The translations under genes were made by a program, and so were the position numbers. From NCBI RefSeq assembly GCF_024502345.1, contig NZ_JALDNN010000001.1: a stretch of 64,000 bases of DNA, one strand, 5' to 3'. The DNA comes from Escherichia coli (GTDB lineage Bacteria; Pseudomonadota; Gammaproteobacteria; Enterobacterales; Enterobacteriaceae). A model generated the notes under the pieces. The model saw only the letters and a program-made list of their open reading frames with translations, was not told where the DNA came from and did not search any database. Below, one piece after another: positions 41,092-53,046 of the stretch (the stretch's first letter is position 1; the number at the start of each line of letters is the position of its first letter).

Positions 41092-43227
41092 ATGAAATCA
41101 ATGAATATTGCCGCCAGTAGTGAACTGGTATCCCGACTTTCTTCTCATCGTCGCGTGGTGGCGTTGGGAGATACTGATTTTACGGACGTCGCGGCAGTCG
41201 TCATTACCGCTGCGGATAGTCGCAGTGGCATTCTTGCGTTGCTTAAGCGCACCGGTTTTCATCTACCGGTGTTTTTGTATTCCGAACATGCTGTTGAATT
41301 ACCTGCGGGCGTTACGGCGGTAATCAACGGCAACGAGCAGCAGTGGCTGGAGCTGGAATCCGCAGCCTGTCAGTATGAAGAGAATTTGCTGCCACCGTTT
41401 TATGACACGCTGACGCAGTACGTTGAGATGGGCAACAGCACCTTTGCTTGCCCTGGACATCAACATGGTGCGTTTTTTAAAAAGCATCCTGCCGGACGCC
41501 ATTTTTACGATTTCTTTGGTGAGAACGTCTTTCGCGCCGATATGTGTAACGCTGACGTAAAATTGGGCGATCTGCTTATTCATGAAGGATCGGCGAAAGA
41601 TGCGCAGAAATTCGCAGCCAAAGTCTTTCATGCCGATAAAACCTATTTTGTCCTGAACGGCACATCGGCAGCGAATAAAGTGGTGACGAATGCGCTGTTA
41701 ACGCGTGGCGATCTGGTGCTCTTCGACCGTAACAACCATAAGTCGAATCATCACGGCGCGCTGATTCAGGCGGGGGCGACGCCGGTCTATCTGGAAGCTT
41801 CACGCAACCCGTTTGGTTTCATTGGCGGTATTGATGCGCACTGTTTTAATGAAGAGTATCTGCGCCAGCAAATTCGCGACGTTGCGCCAGAAAAAGCCGA
41901 GCTGCCGCGCCCGTTTCGCCTGGCGATTATTCAGCTGGGAACCTATGACGGAACTGTCTATAACGCCCGTCAGGTGATCGATACCGTTGGGCATCTGTGT
42001 GATTACATTCTGTTTGATTCCGCGTGGGTCGGTTACGAACAGTTTATCCCGATGATGGCGGATAGCTCGCCGCTGCTATTAGAACTTAACGAAAACGATC
42101 CGGGGATCTTTGTGACTCAGTCGGTGCACAAACAGCAGGCGGGATTCTCACAGACGTCGCAGATCCATAAAAAAGATAACCATATCCGCGGACAGGCGCG
42201 TTTTTGCCCGCATAAGCGGTTGAATAACGCCTTTATGCTCCATGCTTCTACCAGCCCTTTCTATCCGCTGTTTGCTGCACTGGATGTTAACGCCAAAATT
42301 CATGAAGGGGAGAGTGGGCGTCGGCTGTGGGCTGAGTGCGTTGAGTTGGGTATTGAGTCGCGCAAGGCTATTCTTGCGCGCTGTAAGCTGTTCCGCCCGT
42401 TTATCCCGCCCGTTGTTGATGGCAAATTGTGGCAGGATTATCCGACATCTGTGTTAGCCAGCGACCGCCGTTTTTTCAGTTTTGAGCCGGGGGCGAAGTG
42501 GCACGGCTTTGAAGGATATGCCGCGGATCAGTATTTTGTTGATCCGTGCAAGCTGTTACTCACTACACCAGGTATCAATGCCGAAACCGGCGAATATAGC
42601 GACTTTGGCGTTCCGGCGACGATTCTGGCGCACTATCTGCGTGAGAACGGCATTGTGCCGGAGAAGTGCGATCTCAACTCCATTCTGTTCTTATTAACTC
42701 CGGCGGAAAGCCACGAGAAGCTGGCACAACTGGTAGCGATGTTGGCGCAGTTTGAACAGCATATTGAGGATGACTCGCCGCTGGCTGAGGTGTTGCCGAG
42801 CGTTTATAACAAATATCCGGTGCGCTATCGCGACTACACCCTGCGCCAGTTGTGTCAGGAGATGCACGATCTGTATGTCAGTTTCGACGTCAAAGACCTA
42901 CAAAAAGCGATGTTCCGCCAGCAGAGTTTCCCGTCAGTGGTGATGAACCCCCAGGATGCGCATAGCGCTTATATTCGCGGTGAAGTGGAGTTGGTGCGGA
43001 TTCGTGATGCCGAAGGGCGAATTGCGGCAGAAGGGGCGTTGCCTTATCCACCTGGCGTGCTTTGCGTGGTACCCGGGGAAGTCTGGGGTGGGGCGGTTCA
43101 ACGTTATTTCCTTGCACTGGAAGAAGGGGTGAATTTGTTGCCGGGATTTTCGCCGGAGCTGCAAGGTGTTTATAGCGAAACCGATGCGGATGGCATGAAA
43201 CGGTTGTACGGTTATGTGTTGAAGTAA
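41092..43227 (+). CDS. speC: ornithine decarboxylase (constitutive), PLP-dependent
   Basis: Track ORF 41032-43227; start set to MKSMNIAASSELVSRL (711 aa); contains SVHKQQAGFSQTSQIHKKD PLP-lysine region. Confidence 0.9.
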   Translation: MKSMNIAASSELVSRLSSHRRVVALGDTDFTDVAAVVITAADSRSGILALLKRTGFHLPVFLYSEHAVELPAGVTAVINGNEQQWLELESAACQYEENLLPPFYDTLTQYVEMGNSTFACPGHQHGAFFKKHPAGRHFYDFFGENVFRADMCNADVKLGDLLIHEGSAKDAQKFAAKVFHADKTYFVLNGTSAANKVVTNALLTRGDLVLFDRNNHKSNHHGALIQAGATPVYLEASRNPFGFIGGIDAHCFNEEYLRQQIRDVAPEKAELPRPFRLAIIQLGTYDGTVYNARQVIDTVGHLCDYILFDSAWVGYEQFIPMMADSSPLLLELNENDPGIFVTQSVHKQQAGFSQTSQIHKKDNHIRGQARFCPHKRLNNAFMLHASTSPFYPLFAALDVNAKIHEGESGRRLWAECVELGIESRKAILARCKLFRPFIPPVVDGKLWQDYPTSVLASDRRFFSFEPGAKWHGFEGYAADQYFVDPCKLLLTTPGINAETGEYSDFGVPATILAHYLRENGIVPEKCDLNSILFLLTPAESHEKLAQLVAMLAQFEQHIEDDSPLAEVLPSVYNKYPVRYRDYTLRQLCQEMHDLYVSFDVKDLQKAMFRQQSFPSVVMNPQDAHSAYIRGEVELVRIRDAEGRIAAEGALPYPPGVLCVVPGEVWGGAVQRYFLALEEGVNLLPGFSPELQGVYSETDADGMKRLYGYVLK

Positions 43228-43230
43228 GAA

Positions 43231-43270
43231 TAAAAAAAACGGGTCGCCTTCTGGCGACCCGTTTTTCTTT
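43231..43270. terminator. bidirectional terminator between speC and nupG
   Basis: aaaaaaaa-cgggtcgcc-ttct-ggcgacccg-ttttt. Confidence 0.6.
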
Positions 43271-43276
43271 GCGTAA

Positions 43277-44533
43277 TTAGTGGCTAACCGTCTGTGTGCC
43301 TGTCGGGACACGAACGTGTTTATATTTGAACATCGCCATGAACGCGAAGGCCAGAACCACGGAGTAACCAGCGAAAATCAACCATACGGTCTGCCAGTCG
43401 GTAATGCCGTTTTGGGTGTACATCTCAACAACTTTACCGCTCACGATGCCGCCGAGGATACAGCCGAAGCCGTTAGTCATCATCAGGAACATCCCTTGTG
43501 CACTGGCGCGAATTGCCGGGCTAACTTCTTTTTCGACAAACACCGAACCAGAGATGTTGAAGAAGTCGAATGCGCAACCGTAAACGATCATCGACAGTAC
43601 CAGCAGTACAGTACCGAACGGAGTCGGGTCGCCGTAAGCAAACAGCGCAAAACGCAGGATCCACGCCACAATACTGATCATCATTACGTTCTTAATACCG
43701 TAGCGGCTTAAGAAGAACGGGATGGTCAGAATGAACAGGGTTTCAGAGATCTGCGAAATCGACATGATGATTGACGCATGCTGCACAATAAAGCTGCTGG
43801 CAAACATCGGATCTTTGTCGAAGCTGTGCAGGAAGGTATTACCGAACATGTTGGTAATCTGCAGTTCCGCGCCCAGCAGCATTGAGAAGATAAAGAAGAT
43901 TGCCATACGCTTGTTTTTAAACAGCGCGAATGCATCGAGGCCCAGCAGGGTTGTCCAGCTCTGATTCGCTTGCTGTTTAGCAACCGGAATATGCGGCAGA
44001 GTCAGGGTAAACAGAACCAGAATGGCGGAAAGTGCTGCGCCAATATACAGCTGCATGTGGCTTAATTCGAAGCCAGACAGGCTCACCACCCACATTGCCA
44101 TGATAAAGCCGATGGTGCCCCAGATACGGATTGGCGGGAAGTCAGTAACGATATCCATCCCGGCATTTTGCAGGCGATAGTAAGAGATGGTGTTGATTAA
44201 CCCAAGCGTTGGCATATAAGCAAACGAGTTAATCAATATCACAAGGAACATCGCCTCCGGTGTCGTGACCTGTGCCGCCATGAACAGCGTGATAGCGCCA
44301 ATGGTGTGGCAAATGGCATATACCCATTTCGCACTTAACCATTTGTCGGCCACAATCCCCAGCAGCGCAGGCATAAAGACCGCTGCGATACCCAGTGAGC
44401 TATAAACTGCGCCAATAGAAGCACCGTCAAACTTCAGGGTAACAAACATATAGGAGCCGAGGGTCGTCAGCCAACTTCCCCACAGACAGAACTGCAGAAA
44501 AGAGAGGATTTTCAGCTGCAGCTTAAGATTCAT
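43277..44533 (-). CDS. nupG: nucleoside:H+ symporter (MFS)
   Basis: Start set to MNLKLQLKILSFLQF... (418 aa); 12-TM MFS protein. Confidence 0.9.
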   Translation of the reverse strand: MNLKLQLKILSFLQFCLWGSWLTTLGSYMFVTLKFDGASIGAVYSSLGIAAVFMPALLGIVADKWLSAKWVYAICHTIGAITLFMAAQVTTPEAMFLVILINSFAYMPTLGLINTISYYRLQNAGMDIVTDFPPIRIWGTIGFIMAMWVVSLSGFELSHMQLYIGAALSAILVLFTLTLPHIPVAKQQANQSWTTLLGLDAFALFKNKRMAIFFIFSMLLGAELQITNMFGNTFLHSFDKDPMFASSFIVQHASIIMSISQISETLFILTIPFFLSRYGIKNVMMISIVAWILRFALFAYGDPTPFGTVLLVLSMIVYGCAFDFFNISGSVFVEKEVSPAIRASAQGMFLMMTNGFGCILGGIVSGKVVEMYTQNGITDWQTVWLIFAGYSVVLAFAFMAMFKYKHVRVPTGTQTVSH

Positions 44534-44734
44534 GTTAATTTCCTCACATCGTGATGCGGATGAGTGTTTGAAAAAGCACATTTGACCGTGCGAGATGATG
44601 GGATTCTATCAACTTCGCGGACTGGTTTTTTGTTACCTGTGGCAAATAATTGCAAACATTCCCAATTTGCAAAACGAAATTGTGATGTGGATAACATTTT
44701 TGCCCCTGAGTATCGTCAGGGGCGGTTAATGGAA

Positions 44735-45814
44735 TTATCGGCGGCGGTAGGATTTTTGCGCGGTATTCACTTTATAAAGATAACGGCGAGATTCCGCAGA
44801 GGGATGGCGGGTCGTCAGCGTCTGATAAACATCGCCCGGCGTCATGGTGTTAATAATATTGGCAGCCTGAATCTTATCATTCGAAAAGACTCGCAGCACG
44901 CTGCCTGCGCCGCCGTTATAGGCGGTGATGACGGCATAACGCCGCGATGTTGGGTTATCAATTCCGCCGAGATAAACATTGTTCAGCATCGCCAGATACG
45001 CGGTGCCGGTATCAATATTGCTGGCAGGATCAAACAAGAAACTGCGGCTCGGCGTGCCGGATTTCCCCTGCGAGCGGAACACATCTTTCCCGGCAGTATG
45101 TTGTACCACCTGCATTAATCCCAGCGCATCGGAACGGCTGACCGCATACGGGTTAAAGGAAGATTCGGTCTGCATAATTGCCAGAATCAGCGACTCATCA
45201 ACGCCATATTTCCGTGACGCCTGGCGGACCATGCCGAGATATTTGTGCGCACGTTTATCAAGGTGGTTCGGTACCATGTTAATGGTGACGCTGTAGATGA
45301 TACGCAGCCCGTTACTGCGGCTTTGCAGACGGTTTTTCAGCAGATAATCCGCGAAGTTGCTTGCGCGACCTTCCCAGCGAATCGGCTGCCCGGTGTTGTC
45401 CACCACCTGACCGTAAAGGAAAGGTTCTTTCGAACTCGTAATATCATCAACGTCGGAATAGAGATCGACCGAACTCGGATCGTCACCCATCAGCAACGTT
45501 TTGATAATTGCCCGGCGCAAATGCGCGGCAGGTTCTGTCCCGGCGATAGTTTCGATAGTAATCGTACCGTCATCGAAGTTGATGTGGCTGCGGGTCTGAT
45601 ATTGATCGGTGTATTTCACGTAGTCCTTAGGACCGGCGATCACCACCTCTTTGAATCCCCAGATGTTCTCAATATTGTGGGCAAATTGCCCCATCAGAAT
45701 ATCAAAACCGTTGGTATCTTTGACCCAGGCTTCGTTATAGGTATCGCCTTTTTTGGTCGTCGAACAGGAGATGAGCAACGGCGCAATCAAAGCCAGCGCG
45801 AGATATTTTTTCAT
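44735..45814 (-). CDS. mltC: membrane-bound lytic murein transglycosylase C
   Basis: 359 aa; lipoprotein signal [20 protein letters not shown] domain with catalytic ...MQTESSFNP... region. Confidence 0.9.
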   Translation of the reverse strand: MKKYLALALIAPLLISCSTTKKGDTYNEAWVKDTNGFDILMGQFAHNIENIWGFKEVVIAGPKDYVKYTDQYQTRSHINFDDGTITIETIAGTEPAAHLRRAIIKTLLMGDDPSSVDLYSDVDDITSSKEPFLYGQVVDNTGQPIRWEGRASNFADYLLKNRLQSRSNGLRIIYSVTINMVPNHLDKRAHKYLGMVRQASRKYGVDESLILAIMQTESSFNPYAVSRSDALGLMQVVQHTAGKDVFRSQGKSGTPSRSFLFDPASNIDTGTAYLAMLNNVYLGGIDNPTSRRYAVITAYNGGAGSVLRVFSNDKIQAANIINTMTPGDVYQTLTTRHPSAESRRYLYKVNTAQKSYRRR

Positions 45815-45878
45815 CATTCCGGGTGCGTGTTGTGTTTGTTTTTATGCAAGTTGCCGGAGGCGTGCTCCGGCACTGTTT

Positions 45879-46157
<279 letters not shown>

Positions 46158-46181
46158 TCATCCTCTTTATCGACTCACGCG

Positions 46182-47234
46182 CTAAACCGGCGCGCCAGTG
46201 CGTAACTGCTGTAACAAACGCTCCACGGGAGCCGCCAGGCCAACTGACGGCGGTTGCGCTAAGTTATACCAGAGCGCATTGCCTTCATCCATGCAGCCGG
46301 TGAATGACGACACGGGAAGCCACATAGGCACAATATCTAAGTGGAAATGGCTGAAGGTATGCCGAAACGCGGTCAGTTGCGTCAGGTTATCGGCAGCAAT
46401 CTGCCGTTGCGCCAGCCACTGCCGCAAACTTTCTTCGTCGGCAAACTGCGGGAAACAGTATAAACCGCCCCACAATCCGCTCGGCGGACGCTGCGCCAGC
46501 AATACTTCATCTTCGTGCTGTAATAGCAAAAAGTAGCCGGTGCGCTCCGGCAGCGTCTGTTTCGGTTTTTTGCCCGGATAAAGCGCCCAGCTATTGTTGG
46601 CGGCGGCAATACATCCGTTTTGTAGCGGACAGAGCGAACATTTCGGTTTCGAGCGCGTACAAATCATCGCGCCCAAATCCATCATCGCCTGATTAAACCG
46701 TTCCACGCCGACCGCGGGCGTCACCTGCTCGCTCAAACTCCATAATTTATTCTCGACCTCTTTTTTCCCAGGCCAGCCGCTTACAGCATAGCAGCGCGCC
46801 AGCACGCGTTTGACGTTACCGTCGAGAATCGGAAAGTGCTTACCCAGAGAAAGCGAGAGAATCGCGCCTGCGGTGGAACGCCCGACGCCCGGTAACGCCG
46901 CGACTTCTTCAAAGGTTTCCGGGAATTTACCGCCGTGTAAGGTCGCCACTTGTTGTGCCGCTTTATGCAGATTGCGCGCGCGGGCGTAATAGCCAAGCCC
47001 GGTCCACAAGTGGAGAACTTCGTCCAGCGGCGCATTGGCGAGATCGGTCACCGTCGGGAAGCGCGCCATAAAGCGTTCAAAATAGGGGATAACGGTCGCA
47101 ACCTGAGTTTGTTGCAACATCACTTCTGAGAGCCATACTTTGTAGGGCGTCTTGTCAATTTGCCAGGGTAGAGTTTTTCGCCCGTATTTATCGTACCAGT
47201 CCAGAACCTGGGCTGAAAATTGCGACGCTTGCAT
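46182..47234 (-). CDS. mutY: adenine DNA glycosylase
   Basis: Start set to [25 protein letters not shown] (350 aa); HhH-GPD and FeS cluster cysteines ([17 protein letters not shown]). Confidence 0.9.
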   Translation of the reverse strand: MQASQFSAQVLDWYDKYGRKTLPWQIDKTPYKVWLSEVMLQQTQVATVIPYFERFMARFPTVTDLANAPLDEVLHLWTGLGYYARARNLHKAAQQVATLHGGKFPETFEEVAALPGVGRSTAGAILSLSLGKHFPILDGNVKRVLARCYAVSGWPGKKEVENKLWSLSEQVTPAVGVERFNQAMMDLGAMICTRSKPKCSLCPLQNGCIAAANNSWALYPGKKPKQTLPERTGYFLLLQHEDEVLLAQRPPSGLWGGLYCFPQFADEESLRQWLAQRQIAADNLTQLTAFRHTFSHFHLDIVPMWLPVSSFTGCMDEGNALWYNLAQPPSVGLAAPVERLLQQLRTGAPV

Positions 47235-47394
47235 GGTCACCGAATTCACTGTTGTTGGGGGCAAGATTGCAGCACAGCGACGGCAGGGTGTAAACCGGAA
47301 CTTTCCGCAGCCACGGCCTTATCATGCTTGCATCCGGCAACTAACTTTGGATAATGCCCGTTTTCAGAACACTTTCACAAGCGACTAAACCTTT

Positions 47395-48114
47395 ATGAAA
47401 AACGACGTCATTTCACCGGAATTTGATGAAAACGGCCGCCCACTGCGCCGTATCCGTAGTTTTGTGCGCCGCCAGGGGCGACTGACCAAAGGCCAGGAAC
47501 ATGCGCTGGAAAACTACTGGCCGGTGATGGGCGTTGAGTTCAGCGAAGATATGCTGGATTTCCCCGCGCTTTTTGGCCGTGAAGCGCCGGTGACGCTTGA
47601 GATTGGTTTTGGCATGGGGGCGTCGCTGGTGGCAATGGCTAAAGATCGCCCTGAGCAGGACTTCCTCGGCATTGAAGTGCATTCACCGGGCGTTGGTGCG
47701 TGCCTAGCTTCTGCGCATGAAGAAGGTTTAAGCAACCTGCGCGTGATGTGTCACGATGCGGTTGAAGTGCTGCATAAAATGATTCCTGACAATTCATTGC
47801 GCATGGTGCAGCTCTTTTTCCCTGACCCGTGGCACAAAGCGCGCCATAATAAACGCCGTATCGTTCAGGTGCCGTTTGCCGAACTGGTAAAAAGCAAACT
47901 GCAGCTGGGGGGCGTATTCCATATGGCGACCGACTGGGAACCTTATGCGGAACATATGCTTGAAGTGATGTCTTCTATTGACGGTTATAAAAACCTGTCA
48001 GAGAGCAATGATTACGTACCGCGTCCGGCATCACGTCCGGTGACGAAATTTGAACAACGTGGTCATCGTCTTGGTCACGGAGTATGGGACTTAATGTTCG
48101 AGAGGGTGAAATAA
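47395..48114 (+). CDS. trmB: tRNA (guanine46-N7)-methyltransferase
   Basis: 239 aa, ...[29 protein letters not shown]... AdoMet-binding fold. Confidence 0.9.
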   Translation: MKNDVISPEFDENGRPLRRIRSFVRRQGRLTKGQEHALENYWPVMGVEFSEDMLDFPALFGREAPVTLEIGFGMGASLVAMAKDRPEQDFLGIEVHSPGVGACLASAHEEGLSNLRVMCHDAVEVLHKMIPDNSLRMVQLFFPDPWHKARHNKRRIVQVPFAELVKSKLQLGGVFHMATDWEPYAEHMLEVMSSIDGYKNLSESNDYVPRPASRPVTKFEQRGHRLGHGVWDLMFERVK

Positions 48115-48440
48115 TGGCAAAGAACCGTAGCCGTCGTCTGCGTAAAAAAATGCACATCGACGAATTCCAGGAATTAGGATTTTCGGTGGCATGGCGATTC
48201 CCGGAAGGTACATCGGAAGAACAGATTGATAAAACCGTTGATGATTTTATTAACGAGGTTATCGAACCGAACAAACTGGCCTTTGACGGCAGCGGTTATC
48301 TGGCCTGGGAAGGTCTGATCTGCATGCAGGAAATCGGCAAATGCACCGAAGAACATCAGGCGATTGTGCGTAAGTGGCTGGAAGAGCGCAAACTGGATGA
48401 GGTACGCACCAGCGAACTTTTCGACGTTTGGTGGGACTAA
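48114..48440 (+). CDS. yggL: DUF469 family protein
   Basis: Start set to [23 protein letters not shown] (108 aa); overlaps the trmB stop. Confidence 0.85.
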   Translation: MAKNRSRRLRKKMHIDEFQELGFSVAWRFPEGTSEEQIDKTVDDFINEVIEPNKLAFDGSGYLAWEGLICMQEIGKCTEEHQAIVRKWLEERKLDEVRTSELFDVWWD

Positions 48441-48472
48441 GAAAGCATACGGGCGATGACAAATGCAAAACT

Positions 48473-48552
48473 GCCTGATGCGCTACGCTTATCAGGCCTG
48501 GAAAGATGCACGATCGAGTAGGCGGGATAAGGCGTTTACGCCGCATCCGGCA
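48473..48552. repeat. REP/BIME palindromic units, E. coli type
   Basis: gcctgatgcgctacgcttatcaggcc and gtaggcgggataaggcgtttacgccgcatccggca read directly. Confidence 0.7.
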
Positions 48553-48623
48553 TGGAAAACGCGTACTTTGTTATCAATCTGGGGCCAGCAAATGCTGGCC
48601 TGATTTGTTCTTGAGGGAAGACT

Positions 48624-49343
48624 ATGATGCGCAAAATGCTGCTGGCGGCAGCACTTTCAGTGACGGCAATTACCGCTCACGCCGACTACCAGTGCAGCGT
48701 CACGCCGCGTGACGATGTGATTGTCAGCCCGCAAACCGTGCAGGTGAAGGGCGAAAACGGCAATCTGGTGATCACGCCAGACGGCAACGTGATGTATAAC
48801 GGTAAGCAATATTCCCTGAATGCCGCCCAGCGCGAGCAGGCGAAGGATTATCAGGCTGAACTACGCAGCACGCTGCCGTGGATTGATGAAGGCGCGAAAA
48901 GCCGCGTCGAAAAAGCCCGTATTGCTCTGGATAAAATTATCGTTCAGGAGATGGGCGAAAGCAGCAAAATGCGCAGCCGTCTGACCAAACTTGATGCGCA
49001 GCTGAAAGAGCAGATGAACCGCATTATCGAAACGCGCAGCGATGGCCTGACGTTCCACTATAAAGCCATTGATCAGGTTCGCGCTGAAGGCCAGCAATTA
49101 GTGAATCAGGCAATGGGCGGAATTTTACAGGACAGCATTAATGAAATGGGCGCGAAAGCGGTGCTGAAAAGCGGCGGCAACCCATTACAGAATGTGCTGG
49201 GAAGTTTGGGCGGTCTGCAATCCTCAATCCAAACCGAGTGGAAAAAGCAGGAAAAAGATTTCCAGCAGTTTGGCAAAGATGTTTGTAGCCGCGTTGTGAC
49301 TCTGGAAGATAGCCGCAAAGCCCTGGTCGGGAATTTAAAATAA
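48624..49343 (+). CDS. yggN: DUF2884 family periplasmic protein
   Basis: 239 aa with signal peptide MMRKMLLAAALSVTAITAHA. Confidence 0.8.
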   Translation: MMRKMLLAAALSVTAITAHADYQCSVTPRDDVIVSPQTVQVKGENGNLVITPDGNVMYNGKQYSLNAAQREQAKDYQAELRSTLPWIDEGAKSRVEKARIALDKIIVQEMGESSKMRSRLTKLDAQLKEQMNRIIETRSDGLTFHYKAIDQVRAEGQQLVNQAMGGILQDSINEMGAKAVLKSGGNPLQNVLGSLGGLQSSIQTEWKKQEKDFQQFGKDVCSRVVTLEDSRKALVGNLK

Positions 49344-49518
49344 TCCTCTATTTTAAGACGGCATAATACTTTTTTATGCCGTTTAATTCTTCGTTTTGTT
49401 ACCTGCCTCTAACTTTGTAGATCTCCAAAATATATTCACGTTGTAAATTGTTTAACGTCAAATTTCCCATACAGAGCTAAGGGATAATGCGTAGCGTTCA
49501 CGTAACTGGAGGAATGAA

Positions 49519-50565
49519 ATGGAGTTTTTCAAAAAGACGGCACTTGCCGCACTGGTTATGGGTTTTAGTGGTGCAGCATTGGCATTACCCAATATCACCA
49601 TTTTAGCAACCGGCGGGACCATTGCCGGTGGTGGTGACTCCGCAACCAAATCTAACTACACAGCGGGTAAAGTTGGCGTAGAAAATCTGGTTAATGCGGT
49701 GCCGCAACTAAAAGACATTGCGAACGTTAAAGGCGAGCAGGTAGTGAATATCGGCTCCCAGGACATGAACGATAATGTCTGGCTGACACTGGCGAAAAAA
49801 ATTAACACCGACTGCGATAAAACCGACGGCTTCGTCATTACCCACGGTACCGACACGATGGAAGAAACCGCTTACTTCCTCGACCTGACGGTGAAATGCG
49901 ACAAACCGGTGGTGATGGTCGGCGCAATGCGCCCGTCCACGTCCATGAGCGCAGACGGTCCATTCAACCTGTATAACGCGGTAGTGACCGCAGCTGATAA
50001 AGCCTCCGCTAATCGTGGCGTGCTGGTGGTGATGAACGACACCGTACTGGACGGTCGCGATGTCACCAAAACCAACACCACCGACGTAGCGACCTTCAAG
50101 TCTGTTAACTACGGTCCTCTGGGATACATTCACAACGGTAAGATTGACTACCAACGTACCCCGGCACGTAAGCACACCAGCGATACGCCATTCGATGTCT
50201 CTAAGCTGAATGAGCTGCCGAAAGTCGGCATCGTTTATAACTACGCTAACGCATCCGATCTTCCGGCTAAAGCACTGGTAGATGCGGGCTATGATGGCAT
50301 CGTTAGCGCTGGTGTGGGTAATGGTAACCTGTATAAATCCGTGTTCGACACCCTGGCAACCGCCGCGAAAAACGGCACTGCAGTAGTGCGTTCTTCCCGC
50401 GTACCGACGGGTGCTACCACTCAGGATGCTGAAGTGGATGATGCGAAATACGGCTTCGTCGCCTCTGGCACGCTGAACCCGCAAAAAGCGCGCGTCCTGC
50501 TGCAGCTGGCTCTGACGCAAACCAAAGATCCGCAGCAGATCCAGCAGATCTTCAATCAGTACTAA
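49519..50565 (+). CDS. ansB: L-asparaginase 2 (periplasmic)
   Basis: 348 aa; signal peptide plus active-site TGGTIAG and HGTDTMEET motifs. Confidence 0.9.
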   Translation: MEFFKKTALAALVMGFSGAALALPNITILATGGTIAGGGDSATKSNYTAGKVGVENLVNAVPQLKDIANVKGEQVVNIGSQDMNDNVWLTLAKKINTDCDKTDGFVITHGTDTMEETAYFLDLTVKCDKPVVMVGAMRPSTSMSADGPFNLYNAVVTAADKASANRGVLVVMNDTVLDGRDVTKTNTTDVATFKSVNYGPLGYIHNGKIDYQRTPARKHTSDTPFDVSKLNELPKVGIVYNYANASDLPAKALVDAGYDGIVSAGVGNGNLYKSVFDTLATAAKNGTAVVRSSRVPTGATTQDAEVDDAKYGFVASGTLNPQKARVLLQLALTQTKDPQQIQQIFNQY

Positions 50566-50572
50566 TCACCTC

Positions 50573-50598
50573 GCCCCGGTATCGTGCCGGGGCTTTTT
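50573..50598 (+). terminator. rho-independent terminator after ansB
   Basis: gccccggtatcgtgccggggc hairpin + ttttt. Confidence 0.6.
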
Positions 50599-50681
50599 CA
50601 CTTCAGACTTACGTCCATTGCCAATTTTCATTACCCTAATGATAATCACCGGAATAAATTATTCCGCGTGAGGTTTTTCGG

Positions 50682-51689
50682 GTGAAAAAGCAATGGATTG
50701 TTGGCACGGCACTGCTTATGTTGATGACTGGTAATGCCTGGGCAGATGGCGAACCGCCAACTGAAAATATCTTAAAAGATCAATTCAAAAAGCAGTATCA
50801 CGGCATTCTCAAGCTTGATGCTATCACCTTAAAAAATCTTGATGCTAAGGGTAATCAGGCCACCTGGTCAGCGGAAGGCGATGTCACTTCCAGTGACGAT
50901 CTCTATACCTGGGTCGGTCAGTTGGCAGATTACGAACTGCTCGAACAGACCTGGACGAAAGATAAACCGGTAAAATTCTCGGCGATGTTAACCAGTAAAG
51001 GAACGCCCGCGTCTGGCTGGTCGGTGAACTTTTACTCTTTTCAGGCGGCAGCCAGCGATCGTGGGCGGGTGGTCGACGATATCAAAACGAATAATAAATA
51101 TCTGATCGTGAATAGCGAAGATTTCAATTATCGCTTTAGTCAGCTTGAATCTGCGTTGAATACCCAGAAGAACTCGATTCCTGCGCTGGAAAAGGAAGTG
51201 AAAGCGCTTGATAAGCAAATGGTGGCGGCGCAGAAAGCAGCGGATGCATATTGGGGAAAAGATGCAAACGGTAAGCAAATGACCCGCGAAGAAGCCTTTA
51301 AAAAAATTCACCAACAGCGTGATGAGTTTAATAAACAGAACGATAGCGAGGCGTTCGCGGTTAAATATGACAAAGAGGTTTATCAACCGGCGATTGCGGC
51401 ATGTCATAAACAGAGTGAAGAGTGTTATGAAGTGCCGATTCAGCAGAAACGAGATTTCGATATCAACGAACAACGGCGACAGACTTTTCTGCAATCACAA
51501 AAACTCAGCCGTAAATTGCAGGATGACTGGGTAACGCTTGAAAAAGGGCAATATCCGTTAACGATGAAAGTTTCAGAAATAAACAGTAAAAAAGTCGCGA
51601 TTTTGATGAAAATTGACGATATCAACCAGGCTAATGAACGCTGGAAAAAAGATACCGAACAACTGCGGCGCAATGGGGTGATTAAGTAA
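50682..51689 (+). CDS. yggM: DUF1202 family periplasmic protein
   Basis: 335 aa; signal peptide MKKQWIVGTALLMLMTGNAWA. Confidence 0.8.
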   Translation: MKKQWIVGTALLMLMTGNAWADGEPPTENILKDQFKKQYHGILKLDAITLKNLDAKGNQATWSAEGDVTSSDDLYTWVGQLADYELLEQTWTKDKPVKFSAMLTSKGTPASGWSVNFYSFQAAASDRGRVVDDIKTNNKYLIVNSEDFNYRFSQLESALNTQKNSIPALEKEVKALDKQMVAAQKAADAYWGKDANGKQMTREEAFKKIHQQRDEFNKQNDSEAFAVKYDKEVYQPAIAACHKQSEECYEVPIQQKRDFDINEQRRQTFLQSQKLSRKLQDDWVTLEKGQYPLTMKVSEINSKKVAILMKIDDINQANERWKKDTEQLRRNGVIK

Positions 51690-51706
51690 CTCATGTTAGG
51701 TACCTT

Positions 51707-51746
51707 TGCCGGATAATATAAAAAGTTATCCGGCAAATTATTTTTT
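51707..51746. terminator. bidirectional terminator between yggM and the TRAP operon
   Basis: ttgccggataa...ttatccggcaa hairpin followed by a T-run. Confidence 0.5.
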
Positions 51747-53046
51747 ACATTAGCCCTAGTAGCTGTGGAATGAACAAGGATATTTGCGGGATGTAAGTGA
51801 TCATCATCAACGCGATTAACAATGCGGCATAAAATGGCAGCAATGGTTTGATCAAATGTTGAATCTTCACACCTGAAATAGAACAACCAACAAATAGCGC
51901 ACTACCCACCGGCGGTGTTAACAGCCCAATACAAAGGTTAGCCACCATCATAATACCGAAATGTACCGGATCCATTCCCAGCTCTTGTGCAATCGGCAAG
52001 AAGATTGGTGTGAAGATTAGTACAGCCGGTGTCATGTCCATAAAGATGCCGATAATTAATAAGACGATATTAATCAGCAGCAATATGATCAGTGGGTTAT
52101 CAGAAATCCCCATCAACGCGTCGCTGATCATATAAGGAATATCAGCATTAGTCATTGCCCAGGACATGCCCACGGAAAAACCGATCAACAGTAATACAAT
52201 CGAAGTGGTAACAACCGACTCCAGAATCAGTTTGGGTAAATGGCGCCATTTTACTTCCCGGTAAATCAGCACCGAGAGAATAAATGTGTAGACAACGGCA
52301 ATTGCTGACGCTTCAGTTGCGGTAAAAATGCCGCCCAGAATGCCGCCCATCACAATGAACACCAGAAGCAAACTTGGTAAGGCATCCAGAAACGCTTTAC
52401 AGGCCTGAGCAAAGGTTGCTCTTTCTGAAAGTGGGTAGCCACGGCGTTTAGCAATAATGCCGCAGACTATCATTACCGCGAGACCCATTAAGATCCCTGG
52501 CAAATATCCCGCCATAAATAGCGATGCTACAGAAACGCCGCCAGCTGTCAGGGAAAACACAATTAACACGTTTGAGGGCGGTATCAGTAATCCAGTAATA
52601 CAAGATGAGACGTTTACAGCGGTAGAAAATGCCGGATCATAACCTTGTTTGGTCTGAATGGGATTCAGTGTGCCACCAACGGCAGCAGCTGCCGCAACGG
52701 CTGAACCGGAAATAGAACCAAACATCATATTCGCCAGGACGTTCACATGACCAAGTGAACCCGGAACCCGGCCAACCATTACCTGGGCGAGGTTAATCAA
52801 ACGTATCGCAATACCGCCGCTGTTCATCAGCGTTCCGGCAAAGATGAAAAAGGGGATTGCTAACAGGGCAAAGTTATCCAGTCCATTAGCCAGTCGCTGC
52901 GAAACAGTGATTGCCGCGATATCCCAGGGAAACATCAAAAGCATTGAAGCTACAGTGGCAATACCGATTGAGAACGAAATGGGCACACCAATAAAGACCA
53001 GCACAAAAAAACAGCCAAACAGTGTAATCGCGATATAACTATCCAT
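51745..53046 (-). CDS. TRAP transporter large permease (DctM family)
   Basis: 433-aa polytopic membrane protein; 1-bp overlap with the upstream small-permease gene. Confidence 0.8.
   Translation of the reverse strand: MDSYIAITLFGCFFVLVFIGVPISFSIGIATVASMLLMFPWDIAAITVSQRLANGLDNFALLAIPFFIFAGTLMNSGGIAIRLINLAQVMVGRVPGSLGHVNVLANMMFGSISGSAVAAAAAVGGTLNPIQTKQGYDPAFSTAVNVSSCITGLLIPPSNVLIVFSLTAGGVSVASLFMAGYLPGILMGLAVMIVCGIIAKRRGYPLSERATFAQACKAFLDALPSLLLVFIVMGGILGGIFTATEASAIAVVYTFILSVLIYREVKWRHLPKLILESVVTTSIVLLLIGFSVGMSWAMTNADIPYMISDALMGISDNPLIILLLINIVLLIIGIFMDMTPAVLIFTPIFLPIAQELGMDPVHFGIMMVANLCIGLLTPPVGSALFVGCSISGVKIQHLIKPLLPFYAALLIALMMITYIPQISLFIPQLLGLM

Noticed and set aside
49708-50520. 270-aa minus-strand ORF
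   Set aside because: Antisense to ansB, which has a signal peptide and asparaginase active-site motifs.
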